Shown here in pieces: positions 1 to 12,469 of a DNA stretch of 64,000 bases (its first letter is position 1; every line of letters starts with the position of its first letter). This DNA comes from Raillietiella orientalis (Eukaryota): the NCBI GenBank assembly GCA_036172245.1, contig JAYWIR010000029.1, positions 2,852,001-2,916,000 on the forward strand. The letters run 5' to 3'. A program made the position numbers and the translations under genes. The notes under the pieces are model-generated. The model worked only from the letters and a program-made list of their open reading frames with translations, ran no database searches and had not been told where the DNA came from.

Positions 1-54
1 CTTGGCGTCTCTGAAAAAGTTCACTGCATTGATTTACCTTGGGGTCGTTTGGGC

Positions 55-560
55 CTAGATGCTGCCTTCAATCCTTAGAATGTGACGGTAGTTCCAGGCC
101 TGCACTCGCCCGCAGTTTCGAATGCCGATCTCCTTCTGGATGAGCCCTTTCAGGATGTCCAGTGGAGATACGGTAGCCCTGGTGGTCTTCATCTTCCACC
201 ATCGCCCAAGAATGGTGGTGATGAAAAGGGCGATGGTCACTCTTACCATGGGGTTATAGCAGGGAACAGTTCCATTTCCTTGGAACATGCCTGCCAAAAC
301 CGCCATGGTCGAGGCGTTGGTCAGCCCGATGACCCTTTTCAGAGTATGCCACTCGGTTTGCAATGTGGGGCAGATCAAGACGTGAAGACGACGACATTCT
401 ATCGTATTTCTCAAGTACAGCTAACCCACTGTGATGGGAATTATTGGGGTCGAGTGAGCAAATCATTTTCTCTTGCCTCTCGAAACTTCAGCACGCTTCT
501 TGCCTTAGAGTGGATGCTGCAGATGGCTCCAAGTGCTTTCGTCCCACCAAATTACAAAAC
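55..560 (-). mobile_element. Degenerate non-LTR retrotransposon (L1/Tx1-like) ORF2 C-terminal relic
   Basis: Minus-strand frames give, across frameshifts and stops, W..L.HPL / KARSVLKF...NDLLTR then E..LHVLICPTLQTEWHTL...ITTILGRWWKMK. This resembles the zinc-knuckle (H..CP....W) C-terminus of L1/Tx1 ORF2. Motif resemblance by eye only. Confidence 0.35.
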
Positions 561-1204
561 CGACCTGCTCCATGAGAGAGCACGGTGGGGTTTGTCAACC
601 CGTCGCTGTACCAAGCTCCTGCTCGTTTTCGGATCCAAGGGGGAGGAAGTGCCCTATTCTTTGTGGCTTGACGTAAGTGAGCCCTCTTTCAAGTCCCCGG
701 CAGAGGGGAGAGCCTACCCCGTGACTCGGTTGCGTGAAGGAACGCAACCGAGTCACTTTTCTGCTGCTGCGCTCAGGCCGGTTCACAGCTGGTTCTCTGT
801 CGATAGAAGGTCATCGGATATCTCAATCACTGCGAGGGTACTGAGCAATGGTTCCAGCTTGGAAGCCTCAGACATTCGTGGTAACATGAGCACATCACTT
901 TCATCTGAAAGAAAAGCTTCTCATCCTCAGCATTCCCGGATTATTACCGGCCCTTCAACCATCATCACTTAATTTCTGGAATATCTTCTGCGGATTTTAT
1001 CTCGCAAATTTCCATTTCAACTCTGCATTTTGTTTTTGTTTTTTATTTCTGAAGGATTTCCCTGGTTTTCATGCAATCGCTGACTCCTCATCTCACATCC
1101 GTACTTCCTTCTTACTTTGTAGTGAACTTTTTCAGCCGTCGGTAATGCGATTTCCCCATAGTGCTGGCTTATCCGACTCTTCGGTCTGGTCCTTTTACGA
1201 CTCC

Positions 1205-1965
1205 TGAAGCCCACTTTGGCGGTCCTGTGGCTGCAGTCCCCGCGCGCGTGGCGCCAAGCGTCGCGAGTTCGAATACTCGTAAAGGATCGACCCCGATTCT
1301 CGGGGTCGATCCTTTACCCGATCCCCGAGAATCGGGGATACGTCATGGGTTTTGAGTCCCCCTACAAGATGACGCTGGTTGACCTCTATTCATTAGGGTG
1401 CGGCACCGGTGGCTGCTGAAACCGGATGCCTCTGATAAACAGTCGGGATTGGGATTGAATGAAGGAGTCCGGTTCCCTTCGGGGTCACCCTCCACTTGTG
1501 TGAAGGAGTGGACCCTAACTCCAGGAGGGACCCTTCATCTCATACCATGGAGCTGGTGAATTGGTGCCTCTCCAGAGTGCAAAGAAGCATGCTGCTCCCT
1601 TCGAGGCGCGACCCTTCAGAGAAATTTTGGAAGCATCCCTTCGGAGTTCTCTTGAGAGGAGTAAACCAAGAGCGAATGCATTCCGGGGATGCCTCCAAAG
1701 AAAAACCGAGGAAAGACTCCCTCTGAGGGTCCCTCCAGAGAGGACAAGGAACAAGTCTTTCCCCTCCCTTACTCTTGGGAGGGAATCCCAAGCGTAAGGG
1801 GGGGGGGGGAAGAAGAAGGCTACGGAGCTTCCTCCGTAGCCTTCCTGGATTCATAGGGTGGTCATCCCTCCCTGGGTGCCCCTATACCTTGAAGAAGAGT
1901 TGCACGCACCCTCGGGTGGCGTGTTCAAATGTTAAAGAGCTTCGTGAGTCCTCCGCAAAGAGGTG
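1205..1965 (+). mobile_element. LTR-like dispersed repeat, copy A (tRNA-like head)
   Basis: Starts TGAAGCCC. Shares blocks with the copies at 8570, 11760, 12470 and 20087, e.g. CAAGATGACGCTGGTT, CATGGAGCTGGTG...CCTCTCCAGAGTG, CTGGATTCATAGGGTGGTCATCCCT and GAGTCCTCCGCAA. Patchy similarity continues to ~2150; the 3' end is not defined. Confidence 0.75.
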
Positions 1966-3899
1966 AACCGTTCTTTGATTTTTGACGAGTACGGCGCGGA
2001 CAAAAACACCGTTGGTGAGTACCGACACTTGCGACAGAATCGCGACGCAGGAGGACTTCAACGTCAGAAGACACGGACCACCGAGGTTACGCCTGCTGAG
2101 ATCCCTATTGAAATCATTCTGGATCTAAGGATGGCCGACGGTCCTGCTGTCTCATCATCCGAGTGCTTTCGGTGCCTCCGCTCGAAAAATCAGGCAAGAA
2201 AGGCCGTGGCGCTGTCGCTCCGTGTAGGTCCAAAAATGACGGAAGCAAATCGGAAACGCCGAAGGGGAGGGAAAGGACTGGTCCCTTTCCTTCCTCAAAG
2301 CGAACGGGCGTTGGCTTTTTACACAGTCCGCTTCCGTGTCTCTTGTCATCCAGGTGTTTCCAGACTACCAAGGAAGCAGAAACAAACAAGGCTGTTGCGG
2401 GATCACCGAACCTTCGGGAACGAGGATGATCTTCCTTGGGCATGCTCATTCTCTGGTAAGGGGTGGGTGGAACGAACCGCACCCGATCCAGCAAAGAGTA
2501 CGGAAATGGCAGAAAATATGGGTTGGATGCTATGGCATTCTCGCCCTGCAAAGAGCAAAAGAGTTCAGATTCAGATTTCGCTTCCCCAGCTCAAGAGGAA
2601 GGAGAGAGAGGAAAAATATGAAACCCAGAAACACCAACTGAATTAGGAAGGTACATTGGCGAGGGCATCTCAGGGCGAAACTTGCTCTCATTGCACGAGT
2701 TGCTGCTGCAACATTTTGTTCCGATGACTTGGAGAGGGACGGTCGATGCTCAGTTTCCTTCAAGCTCCTCGACTCTATTCGTTGTCTTTTCCCACTGGCA
2801 AGCAGAGATTTCTTTCTTGTGGAAAAAAAAAGCATTTTTTTTTTTTTTTTGAGGGATTTCTCTCGAGAACCTTCCACTTTACGTCTTCCACTCTCTTCCG
2901 AACTTCTCGTATACATACGCCTGTCTTCCAGACACGACCGTGCATCATGGAAAGTCTGCACAGGAAATGTAAGATCAGAGTTTCTGTCAGGACACTTAAA
3001 GAAGCACTTTCGCGGAGCGGATTGCACAGCTAGACCGGTCTACACCAGGAAACTTCTGCCTGAGGAAATCGCAGGTGCACCCTGACCAGACGCACTTGTC
3101 AAGCTCATTCATCAATCAGCGAGGCAGTATCTCCTCTCTCCTTCTTATCGAAAAGGTGTGGAGACCAATAGCCCTGCTTGCACCAGGCTGCAACTCGGAA
3201 GAGGAGCAGCAGAAGTTCGGTTTGCACAAAACGAAGTGGTTCCTGTTGTGCAGCCCTCGAAGTGTGTGTACTCGTCAGTCAACAACACGTGCGTTCGTGA
3301 AGCGCCGTGGGAAAGCGCAAGTGTTCGAATTTGCCCCCCCCTTAAACCTACGATCCTTAGAAAGTCACCTCTCGCAACTCCAGATTCACTTTCATATTCT
3401 TTTCCGCCGCGTGTGGATGATAAGGGAACGAGTATGTATACGCAGGCTCGCTCGGAACTCTCCTCCCCACGAAATGAGGGCATTCTCACCGCGCGAGATC
3501 GGAAGCGGTCCATTCGAAATCCAACGCAACCATCCGGACTTCCCGCCTCCTCCGCCTGCCAATGTCTTCGTTGGGCATGGTTTTTCATCAGCCAACTCGA
3601 AGAACGGTTTGCGCGACGATTTTGCGGATCCCGGTGCCAAGAGTGCATCATTTCTGCACATTTCGCGAATGTTCGAATGTGTTCGGAGCAAGCATGCGTG
3701 CATCCTCCCGCATCCTACTTCCGTTGTTCGGCTTGTGTGACCTTCAGGGACTCCGGTGTCATACCCACACATTCGGACGTCTTCCCAGTCTTCCGGAGAT
3801 GCTTGATAAACTCACCTGTCCGAAGTAAACGAACCTCCTTGGAACCGACTGACTAGCAGCAGACTGTGCTTCTACACGATGGAGAGCAGCACCATCTAA

Positions 3900-5119
3900 C
3901 ATTGTCGACGCAAGTTACTATGAACTGCCACACTTCCGTACCCATAGCAGCGATAACTTGGGATCGACAGTGTCCAATTCTGAGGAAGTATGGCCAACAT
4001 TATTATCGCAATTTTTGTTTACTTTGAAAGAATGCATAGATCCATTTTTTTCAAAATCACTTCCGATAGCAAAATTCACGTCGATGCTGACTGATCACGA
4101 GAATCGTAAGCCCAGTTACCCTCTGTACCAAATTCACGTCTTCTGTTTGCTTACTTTTCTTCCTCCCTTCCCATCATGCTACATCAGAGATCCTGATAAA
4201 GTATGATCGGGATCTTTTGAAGCAATGCTGTCCATCTTTGGGGAGCATTGCTCCGCATCACCGCGGTTGGGTTGGATCTTTGGATTGATTCTGACGTTTC
4301 CTCCATTTCGGAGCAAAGTCACCTTGCTAAATGTACGCTACCACCACTCTTATCCCCTTGTGAGTTTCTCAAGCACAGCTTCGAACGAACTTTCCTTTTT
4401 CCAAACACACACGCAACTTCTCCGTTCATCGCCGCAAAATCATACAACGAAATGCGTCATCGATTTTTTTTGTTGATGAAACTGGACTGATGTGGTCACT
4501 TTTTCTTCTTGCCAAGGAGAACGCGACGAATTTTCACTTCAGAGAACCAATGGGCCCGCTAACATTTTTTGGCACTAAAGCTTTGAGGCAAACAGTGCAG
4601 CTTTTTCCAGACGGAAGCAGTTAATTGTCTTCCACGATAGTAATCAAACATCGTCGACGATCTCAGTCTGACACAAGTACTGAGTTCTGAAGTCTCCTGA
4701 CTGAAAACTGAACTCGAAGAACTTGTGACTCCGAAGGGTACGGAACGTGAAGAAACGCATTCGTACTTCGGCTCCATCGAGGTGGGCTGACCTCCAAAAT
4801 CCAAGAACTGAAGATCCAAAAGTGCGATCTGACGTTAGCTCTCTGAACCGAGGTTGCCATTTCCGTAGCTGAAAAGGCAGTAAAAGACGTTCCCACATCT
4901 GCGCTCATTTCCATTCATTTCGTAGAGCAAAACAATTTCGCTCTTATTCCTCTGTATGAGAGAATCTTCCGCATTCAGTCCTGGAATTTTCCAGATGTTT
5001 ATCCCCTCCTCCTCCCCCAAAACAAAAAAAAACCTTGCTTCTAAGGGTGTCCACGAAGGCATCATTCGAAAAGAGATTTCGCTCTCATTCACAGGACATA
5101 TCGACTTTGTGAATGACAT
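3900..5119 (-). mobile_element. Decayed SWIM zinc finger + YqaJ/lambda-exonuclease-like ORF (accessory ORF of a DNA transposon, ISL2EU/Kolobok-type)
   Basis: Minus-strand fragments VFYCLFSYGNG...IALL...PTSM and ELSTCVRLRSSTMFDYYRGRQLTASVWKK resemble the SWIM finger and the E..T..Q..S..W..YR.GR(L/I)TAS start of YqaJ domains. There are multiple stops and frameshifts. Confidence 0.3.
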
Positions 5120-8100
5120 CGAATTGGCTAACAGCTGGCTCTTTTCTTCGCTTCTTCATTTTGTCGTTGTTGTAGTTGCTGGTGGAGCTGTAGTTGGCAG
5201 CCTTCTGCCTCTTCTCATACACCACGCGTCTCAGCTAAATGACTCCCCACAAGAGTTTACGCAATGTTTTTTACGAAACCGGAGCCTCTGGCTAAGGTCA
5301 ACTGAGAGATTCGCCGGACTAATCAATCTACCTGATTCCGTAACGAAGAGTTCATGGCAAACGCATTAGCGCAGTCAGTGGCGGACTGTGGGTTGATGTC
5401 GTCGCCGAACCTGTTTCAGGAAATTCGTACCACTCTCTCGTGAGCAAACTACAGACTGTACGGTGCCCTTGGCGATTCTCAAAAACTGGGCCTTGAGACC
5501 AGCTGAAATATTGCGAGTTTCTCGACGACCGGGTGCCAAGAAGACGGACCGGTTGTCAGAGAGTTGCATCAAAGTGAACTCCGTGCGTCAAGAGCCCGCG
5601 ACCTGCAGAAAGTTCAATAGCGGTGAATTGCAATATCGATGCTGGCGCTCGTCGGAAAAGGGAGATCAAATTGCTCTCTGTACCCCCACGTCATTCGCAC
5701 GACGGTCAGAGCGCGCCGATGCTTTCGTGGTTGCCTCGAAACGGAGCTTGGCGTGGAGCGCGTCCTCACGGCGACGAGCCTCCTGCGGTTGCATTAGAGC
5801 GACTCCTGATAGACGCTCTCCACTTCGGGACCGCGGATGGAATTTTGCTCTCGGAACCGCGAGGTTTGCAGAAGAGCTCAACTGAGGGTTGGTCTTGCAA
5901 ATTTGCCGCCGGCGGTCAATCAGACTCCGATGTTCTGCATCCCATGGAAGAAGACAAAGGAAGCGCGCCCCCAAACAAAGAGAAAATGTTCCACAGACAT
6001 TCCACCTGGACGATCATCGCACACTTTTGCTGAGAGCAAAGGACGGAAGAGCGGTGCAGGAAGAGCAGGCAGCAGCAGGACGGAGCGCGCCAACAACAAC
6101 AGCAACAAGAGGAACAAGAATAAGAGGAGGAAAAAGAAGTGGAGCACACTTCTTGGCCGATTCGAGCTCTCAAGCAGAGCAGCAGGAGATGGAGCTGTTT
6201 CCAGTGCGACGGTGGAGCCAACGCTGACGACGGAGGAACGTCAACGCTACCGGACGACGCAACGGAAAGCACCGCGAGACCAGCAAGTCTCGACTGGATC
6301 GGTACGGGAACCCGCACGGACTTCGAATACCTTTGGTCGTTTGCTGGGGGGCTTCTGCTAAGCGGACGCCTGGACCAACGCCTCTGAAAGACCGAGTCGA
6401 CTCTCGGCTCGTTCCTGGATGACGAGTTTTTCTCTCGTCGGGAAGCAACCCGTTCGCGGCTCCTCTCTCCCCCACTCCATCTTTTCGTCCTTCCCTTCCC
6501 CAGCAAAGTGAAGAAAGAAGCTCCTGCCTGAGGGAGATCTTGTGGAACACAGGGGGGTGACGCGCCCGTCCGAAGGACTTGGAGACTGCACGTCGGGATG
6601 GCAGACTCGGACTCGTGACGTTGGAGCGATTGGAGAGGGCGTTGTCGTGCAGAAGACTTTAAGCGGAGGCGAAGTGGTGGAACGCTCGCTGGTGCACTCC
6701 TGAACGCGTCCGTGCCAAGAGAGCGGCCGGCTGCTACCGTCGTCTCCCCTGACTCTGAACAGCCTCCGAGCGTGTCTCGAATCCGGGTATTTGAGCGGCA
6801 GATGGTTGCCTTGGCAGACGCCCGAGAATGGATCTCCTGCCTGCTCGTGGACCGCAGTGCCTGGTTCCAGGAAGCGTGCCTGCGTCCCGCGTGCCGGAGT
6901 CCTGGCGCCGCGAGCACGGAGCAGCTGCCGGGCCCGCGACACCCCAAGAGTGCTCGTTGCACGTCGGAGGAGATGCCGAGGAGTCCTGCGAAAACCGCGA
7001 AGTCTTCGAGAGCCTTCCGCCTTCGGGGGAGTCCCGGACGGGCCCTATTCTCCCTCTAACTAATTCAGCCTTATTTGAAACGCACCGGAAAAGCGGGCGG
7101 ATTAGCTGCAGCACTGCGGGGAAAGCGAACCTTTCTTTGGATGGTTCACCCGTGAATTCACGGAGGCTGCGATCCCGAGCGTCCCAACCGAAAGGACTGC
7201 TCCGTAGCTCCCGAGGATTCCTCCAGGAGATGCAGTGCTGTCTGCGTTCTTGTGGGACAGGTCGTGCCCTTTCTTAAAAAGGGCAGAGGGTGGCGCTTCC
7301 GACGTTGCTCTGGAGCCACCCATGCAATGCCCGTCGATCCAGGGGTCAGGGTTGGCGCGAAGTGCCGCAGGCGCGGAGAAAGGGAGTCCTTCCTTCGCCC
7401 ACATGTGGACAGTGCTGACGTTCTCCGACGCCTTCGGGGGCATCTTGGAACGGCTTCCCAGACCTTGGCGGACGGTTTCGCACACGGTCCCGAGCGCCTC
7501 TCTGTGCGGGATGCCCTCCCACCGGCCACGTCTCCAGCAGTTCCTTGCTGTCTTCACGAGTCTGTCGTGCCGGTCCGGAGCGCCGCCGGAAGGTACCAGG
7601 ACGACCGGAACATCGCCCAATTTCCCATTCTCTCCTTGCGAATCGCAACGAGGTGGTCCCATCCGGGAGCCATGCAGACGGCATCCTTCAGGGAATGCGA
7701 AGGGCCCTCCGCGGCGGCCCATGATCTCTTTCCGAACCCCTCTTTCTAAGAGTTTTCACATTTACTTATTTATTCTTTATTTTATTTGTTTTTGTTTCTC
7801 CTCCTCCATCCCACCCCATCCGTTTGTTGTCACCAGTCTGCGTCTTAGCGTGCTCCCTGGTGAATGTGCACGTGGCAGGATGGCTACTGATTTGTGCAGG
7901 TTTCTGGTTGCCCGGAAACGCCCCGATACAACAGGACGATAAAGCTCCGCCATCTGGAACTGCGGGCGAAGGTGATTGTCGGCTTTTCCTGGGAAAGTGC
8001 GTGGGGTTCTCGGATGGCTATCCGCGGGACCAGCAGCATTTCCACGCGCCCTCCGCACCTACCGGGTCGGCTTCTCCTCCCTGAACGGATTGGAAGAGCG

Positions 8101-8569
8101 CGTGCGTAGGCGACGGGCGGGTGGGAAGGTGACCGCGACGTGCGACGTAAGGGAGTTAGGGGGGAAACGGGTGCTCCGACGAGGGGGTTGCGCGAATCTT
8201 TGGGCCCCATTCAGGACGGGTCGTTCCCGCTGTCTGCACGAGCCAATCTCAGGTGCGCTTCCTGCTGCATTGAGGGAAGGTGGAAGCTCAAAAATCTTGC
8301 TAGGAGGATTCTGTTCCTTTCTCTCTCTCTCTACGCTTCGCTCGCTCTCTCTCCTCGCCGTATCGGATAAGGGGATATAAATCTTCCCGTGAGTGAAGGC
8401 GTGAGAGCTCCCGACAGGGAGATCCCGTCGGTCTCGAATGCAGGAGGAAAAAAGGCACTCGGTGGTTTCATTTTCTTTTTTTCCCTCCCGAGAGATCGGT
8501 GAGCAAAGGCATCGGAACGAAGCATCCCTTCGTTCGGCTGGAAGCGGGGAGCTCCTGCAGCAGTGGAAA

Positions 8570-9000
8570 TGAAGCCCCACGTTGGAGGCCGCGTGGCTGC
8601 GGTCTCCGCGCGCGCGGCACCGAGCGTCGCGGGTTCGAGTCCCGTACGGGGATGGAGCGACTCCAAGAAATGAGTGCATCGTGGGCTTCGAGTCTCCTCC
8701 GCAAGAGGACGCTGGTTAGCCTTTCGGCTTCGGATGCAGCACCGTTGGAGTTTGGGACCTCCCGGATGCCTCCGTTGAGTGGCCGGGATGGGAAGTTGGC
8801 TCTCCAGGGTCATTTCGGAAACCAAGGAGCCGCTTACCTTCGAGTTTTCCCTTCGGTTGTTCAATGGAGCTGTCCACCCTTGGGGGGATCCTCCATGGCG
8901 TGCCGTGGAGCTGGTGGAATGTTGCCTCTCCAGAGTATGAAGAAGTGAGCTGCTCCCCTTGGGAGCGACCCTTCGAAGAAAATTAAGAGTACCCCTCCTT
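8570..9000 (+). mobile_element. LTR-like dispersed repeat, copy B (best-preserved tRNA-like head, 3'-truncated)
   Basis: Starts TGAAGCCCCAC. GGCCGCGTGGC at 8587 and a T-arm GCGGG-TTCGAGT-CCCGT at 8629-8645. The body aligns with copy A (GGAGCTGGTGG...GCCTCTCCAGAGT...GCTGCTCCC...GCGACCCTTC). Confidence 0.75.
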
Positions 9001-11759
9001 CCTCGTTGCTTGACATAAACCGCAAACTGAGAACATGAAGGAAGAGTGAATCGCAGACACAGGAAGTGAGAGGGAGAAGTCGCTTTTTTTTGCCATGGGG
9101 AGACGTAGCCTGTTAGCGGTAGGTCATCTGATCTGCTCTCTGTTTGCAGTTTTACTCCAGGCATTGCTTCTTCGCAGCATCTTCCCATCGTTGTCCTCTC
9201 TTTTCCAATAGCTGTCTCTTCGGAGCTTTGGTTCTTTGCTTTTCCATATCGCTCTTGATGTCTTGCCTTCCGAATGAAACCTCCATCTCATCAGAAGGGA
9301 ATCTGCTCTCATTTGCTGTGACTATTGTAGTCCTCGATTGCTCAGTTCTCTCCATTTGAAGAGCATCCAAGGGTTTCCTTACCATCTACAGATCCCTCGG
9401 TAATCTCTTTTTGTCTCTATAAATCATATGATCTTCATGATCGGGAGATAGATCAGGTGGCTTCCCTCATTCTGCCTCCATGTCGCATCACGCATACAAA
9501 CCAGCAGTGACTCTTGCTCCCGTAGCATGAAATTTCAGATGGTCCACAATCCACTCTTCCCTGTTTCCGCGATTCGCTGTTTCACTCTTCCTTCTGATCT
9601 CGACGAGGCGTGCCTGCATATCCCAGATGCGTTCATTCCAGTCCACCTAAAGAGATGGGGAGAGTCCGAGGGTAATAGAAATGCCAAAGACGGAGGTCTA
9701 CGCGGGACCTGGAGACGGTGTCGCTCACAACACAGCGAGAGAGACCGCCTGCAGGTCAACCCTCCCACCAAATCTGATAACAAGAATGATTTTTTGTGAG
9801 GGAAGGACTCCTTTTAGCGAGAACAGTGTCACGACAGTATCGTGATGGGAGGAACCATTATTCCTTATTTAAACATGGGAACTTGAGGTTAGCAACAACC
9901 ATTAACAGGAGACGATAGATAACCGTGTTGAGTAAGTGACTTCTAAAGGCCATCATACGCTTTTACTTTCGTTTTTTTTAGAGAGCCATTACTTTTCAAG
10001 ATAACAGGCACGAAACGAGATCACGAAAGCCACCTGGAAAGCAGTTGAGAGCTGTATAGGAATTCCAAGAATCTAAATCTTATCCAGAAAAGATAACGGG
10101 TGGGGGCTGCATTTTTGACTGGGATGCAATCCGTCTGCATTGCTGGACCTTTCCCGGTGATGGCGTCAGAGCCAAAGTGGCTCAAAGTTTGCGAGATTTT
10201 CCTTTTTTGGCTTACAAAAACGAGAGGAACTTCTTTTGCTGATCCCACGCGCACGAGTCCCTTACTTAACGTCTGCAACTGTGTACCAGAACGCTTCTCC
10301 AGAGGTCAGTTCGGCCCATCAGGCTAAAACGATAATCTCATGTATTATTCCGGAGATGACTGCGGTGTTCGTAGTGAGGAGTGACCCCACAATCCTCATT
10401 TCGTGTTTCCTCATGGGAAAATGCATGAAATCATTGCTATTTTGTTTCTTGTTTTACGAAGACTTTGGAGTTCGCTGCTTCCGTTTCCATGGTGGCATTT
10501 CCCAGGTTCCAAAGTCTGTCTCTCGAAAGAATAAAATGGAATCTTTCTTCTCCTCCAAAGTTCTCCAAGTCACGTCCTCAATGAAATGCATATTACCGAA
10601 CAGAGGCTTCCAAAAATAGAAAACAGGGACTAGTAAGTGCAAATATCCCAAGTCTTTTGGAACACCTCTTCAGGCAGCACTGAAAGAAGAAAGTACCACA
10701 GAGGAGGATCGAAAACGGTTGTGGAATGGATCTTGCAGGACACACGGTAATGGCGCTTCCTTTCATCAAGATGAAGGTTCAACAGGGATCGCGAATGTGA
10801 TCGCTGTACTCTGATAGCCCTTTGCTTGCGGCTGCCGGGCAGGGGGGGGTGCCTATGTAGCTCTTGAGTAGACTTGGAAGATTGTAGATCACGCAGAGCA
10901 GCATCCAAAGCTGTAGAATGGTTCGTTGGAAGAAAAACATTTCTAAAACTGAAGCCTTTAAAGATATCTGGAAAATTTCCAAGATACATCTCAGTTCATA
11001 TAAAGAACAGAACTGGGGGTGTATTTTTAGAGCAGAATTTCAAGTATCTTCCACGCTCCTTAATTTTAAAAATAGATGCTTGAAGTTTTCACATCAGAAG
11101 GAACCTTCCTAAAACGAAGCCACTAATGCACTTGCAGCGCGATGCTTACGGAGTGCCTGTAAGAGATGCAGTGAGCCTCTTCTCCGAGCAGCGTTGTCTA
11201 CAAGTCTTCTAACTAGAGCGCAAACTAGGAAATTCCGAATCGGATGATCATCTTGCCATCATTGCTATGGATACCATTCGTTCCACACGCCAAAGTGCCA
11301 GCGGGAATGGCTCTCGGAGAATTTACGCGCGTCACTGCTTCCAGCACGAATCCAAAGCCTAAGGGAACACGCGTCTGGGATGCAAAACGCCACGGAGAGT
11401 TTTCAAAAGAATCTTCTGGAATCACGAGTTCCTTCGAGCACTCCGAATCAGGATAAACGCCGAGAGATGCAAAGAGAATGAAGTTACGATTTTTTCCAGC
11501 ACGCTTTTTTTGCAAGGCGCGTGACAACGGGCTGCTTCGAAAATGCATGGCAGCCATCCCTTCCTAAGAAGGACAAGCGCATTCTTGAAGGTATCATTGA
11601 CTGATTATCACCAAGAATGTGTCCGTCTCTCATTGCCATTTCCTTTGAGAAAAGAATGCCGTTTTAAGCGTCACTCGATGAGTTCCCCTACTTCTCCCCT
11701 TTCCCCAAAATCACCCAAAAAAGAGATGAAAAAGGCTTGGGAATGGTCAAGTACTTGAA

Positions 11760-12352
11760 CTGAAAGCTTGAGTACTCAAGAACCGTTTGCCTGAGAGCTC
11801 AAGAAGCTCTTTAACACTGTTACACACCTCTCAGAGCGCGTGAAACTCTTCAATTTATAGGAAGTAACCTCGGAGGGACCACCTCATGAATCCAGGAAAG
11901 CTCCGGGGGAAGGAGCCCATTCCTCTCGTGCGCTTGAGGGGAAAAAACTCTAAGGAAACCTCTTCCCTGTTCCTTATGGAGAGAATCCCATTAGGGTAAC
12001 ACTCCGTGTTACTCCTCTTAAGAGAAATCCAGAGGGACGCCTCCCAGTTCTCTCTGAAGGGTCGCTTCCGAAGGGAGCAGTGCACTTCACACTCTGGAGA
12101 GACACCGATCCACCAGCTCCGTGGTACGAGATAGAGGGTTCCTCCCCACGAGTGGCGAGGGATGGCTTCATTTGCACACTGCTGGAGAACCCCGAAGGGC
12201 ACTCCTTGATTCCTGGAAGGACCCCGGAGGGTTAGCTTCCAATCCCAGCCAGTCAACGGGGACATCTGGGGGGCTCCGGCTTGAACCAGTGCTGCATACG
12301 GAGTCTACAGGCCAACCAGAGTCCTCTTGTGGGGAGACTAGAAACCCGCGAT
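11760..12352 (-). mobile_element. LTR-like dispersed repeat, copy C (5'-truncated)
   Basis: The reverse complement aligns with copy A from the second GGGTTT..AGTC motif through CTGGATTCATG..GTGGT and TATAAA (11854-11859) to GTTAAAGAGCTTC. Confidence 0.7.
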
Positions 12353-12469
12353 GAAAGGGGGGCCAGAGGAGGAGTCTGGAGAGCCACAAACGTGTTCCAC
12401 GAGACAGCCCGTTCCGGAAAGAGAAACTTGCCATTTAGGAACGGGTAGAGAACCAATCCCGCTTTTGCA

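Noticed and set aside
82..972. 296-aa plus-strand ORF
   Set aside because: No recognisable domain; it is antisense to the probable non-LTR relic.
8587..8655. Functional tRNA gene
   Set aside because: The T-arm is good, but the 5' end-to-B-box distance is short, no D-arm or acceptor stem is convincing, and it is part of a dispersed repeat.
5837..8700. Many long overlapping ORFs (up to 348 aa) on both strands, with faint ankyrin-like words (GRTPFLRAC, HMWAKEG)
   Set aside because: High GC makes stop codons rare. The products are Arg/Ser/Pro-rich with no coherent domain in one frame, and the motif hints are too weak.
10020..11110. Minus-strand fragments resembling a membrane receptor helix (RTILQLWMLLCVIYNLP) or an RT motif (GF...HST.A)
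   Set aside because: Conflicting single-motif resemblances in different frames; nothing can be supported without a search.
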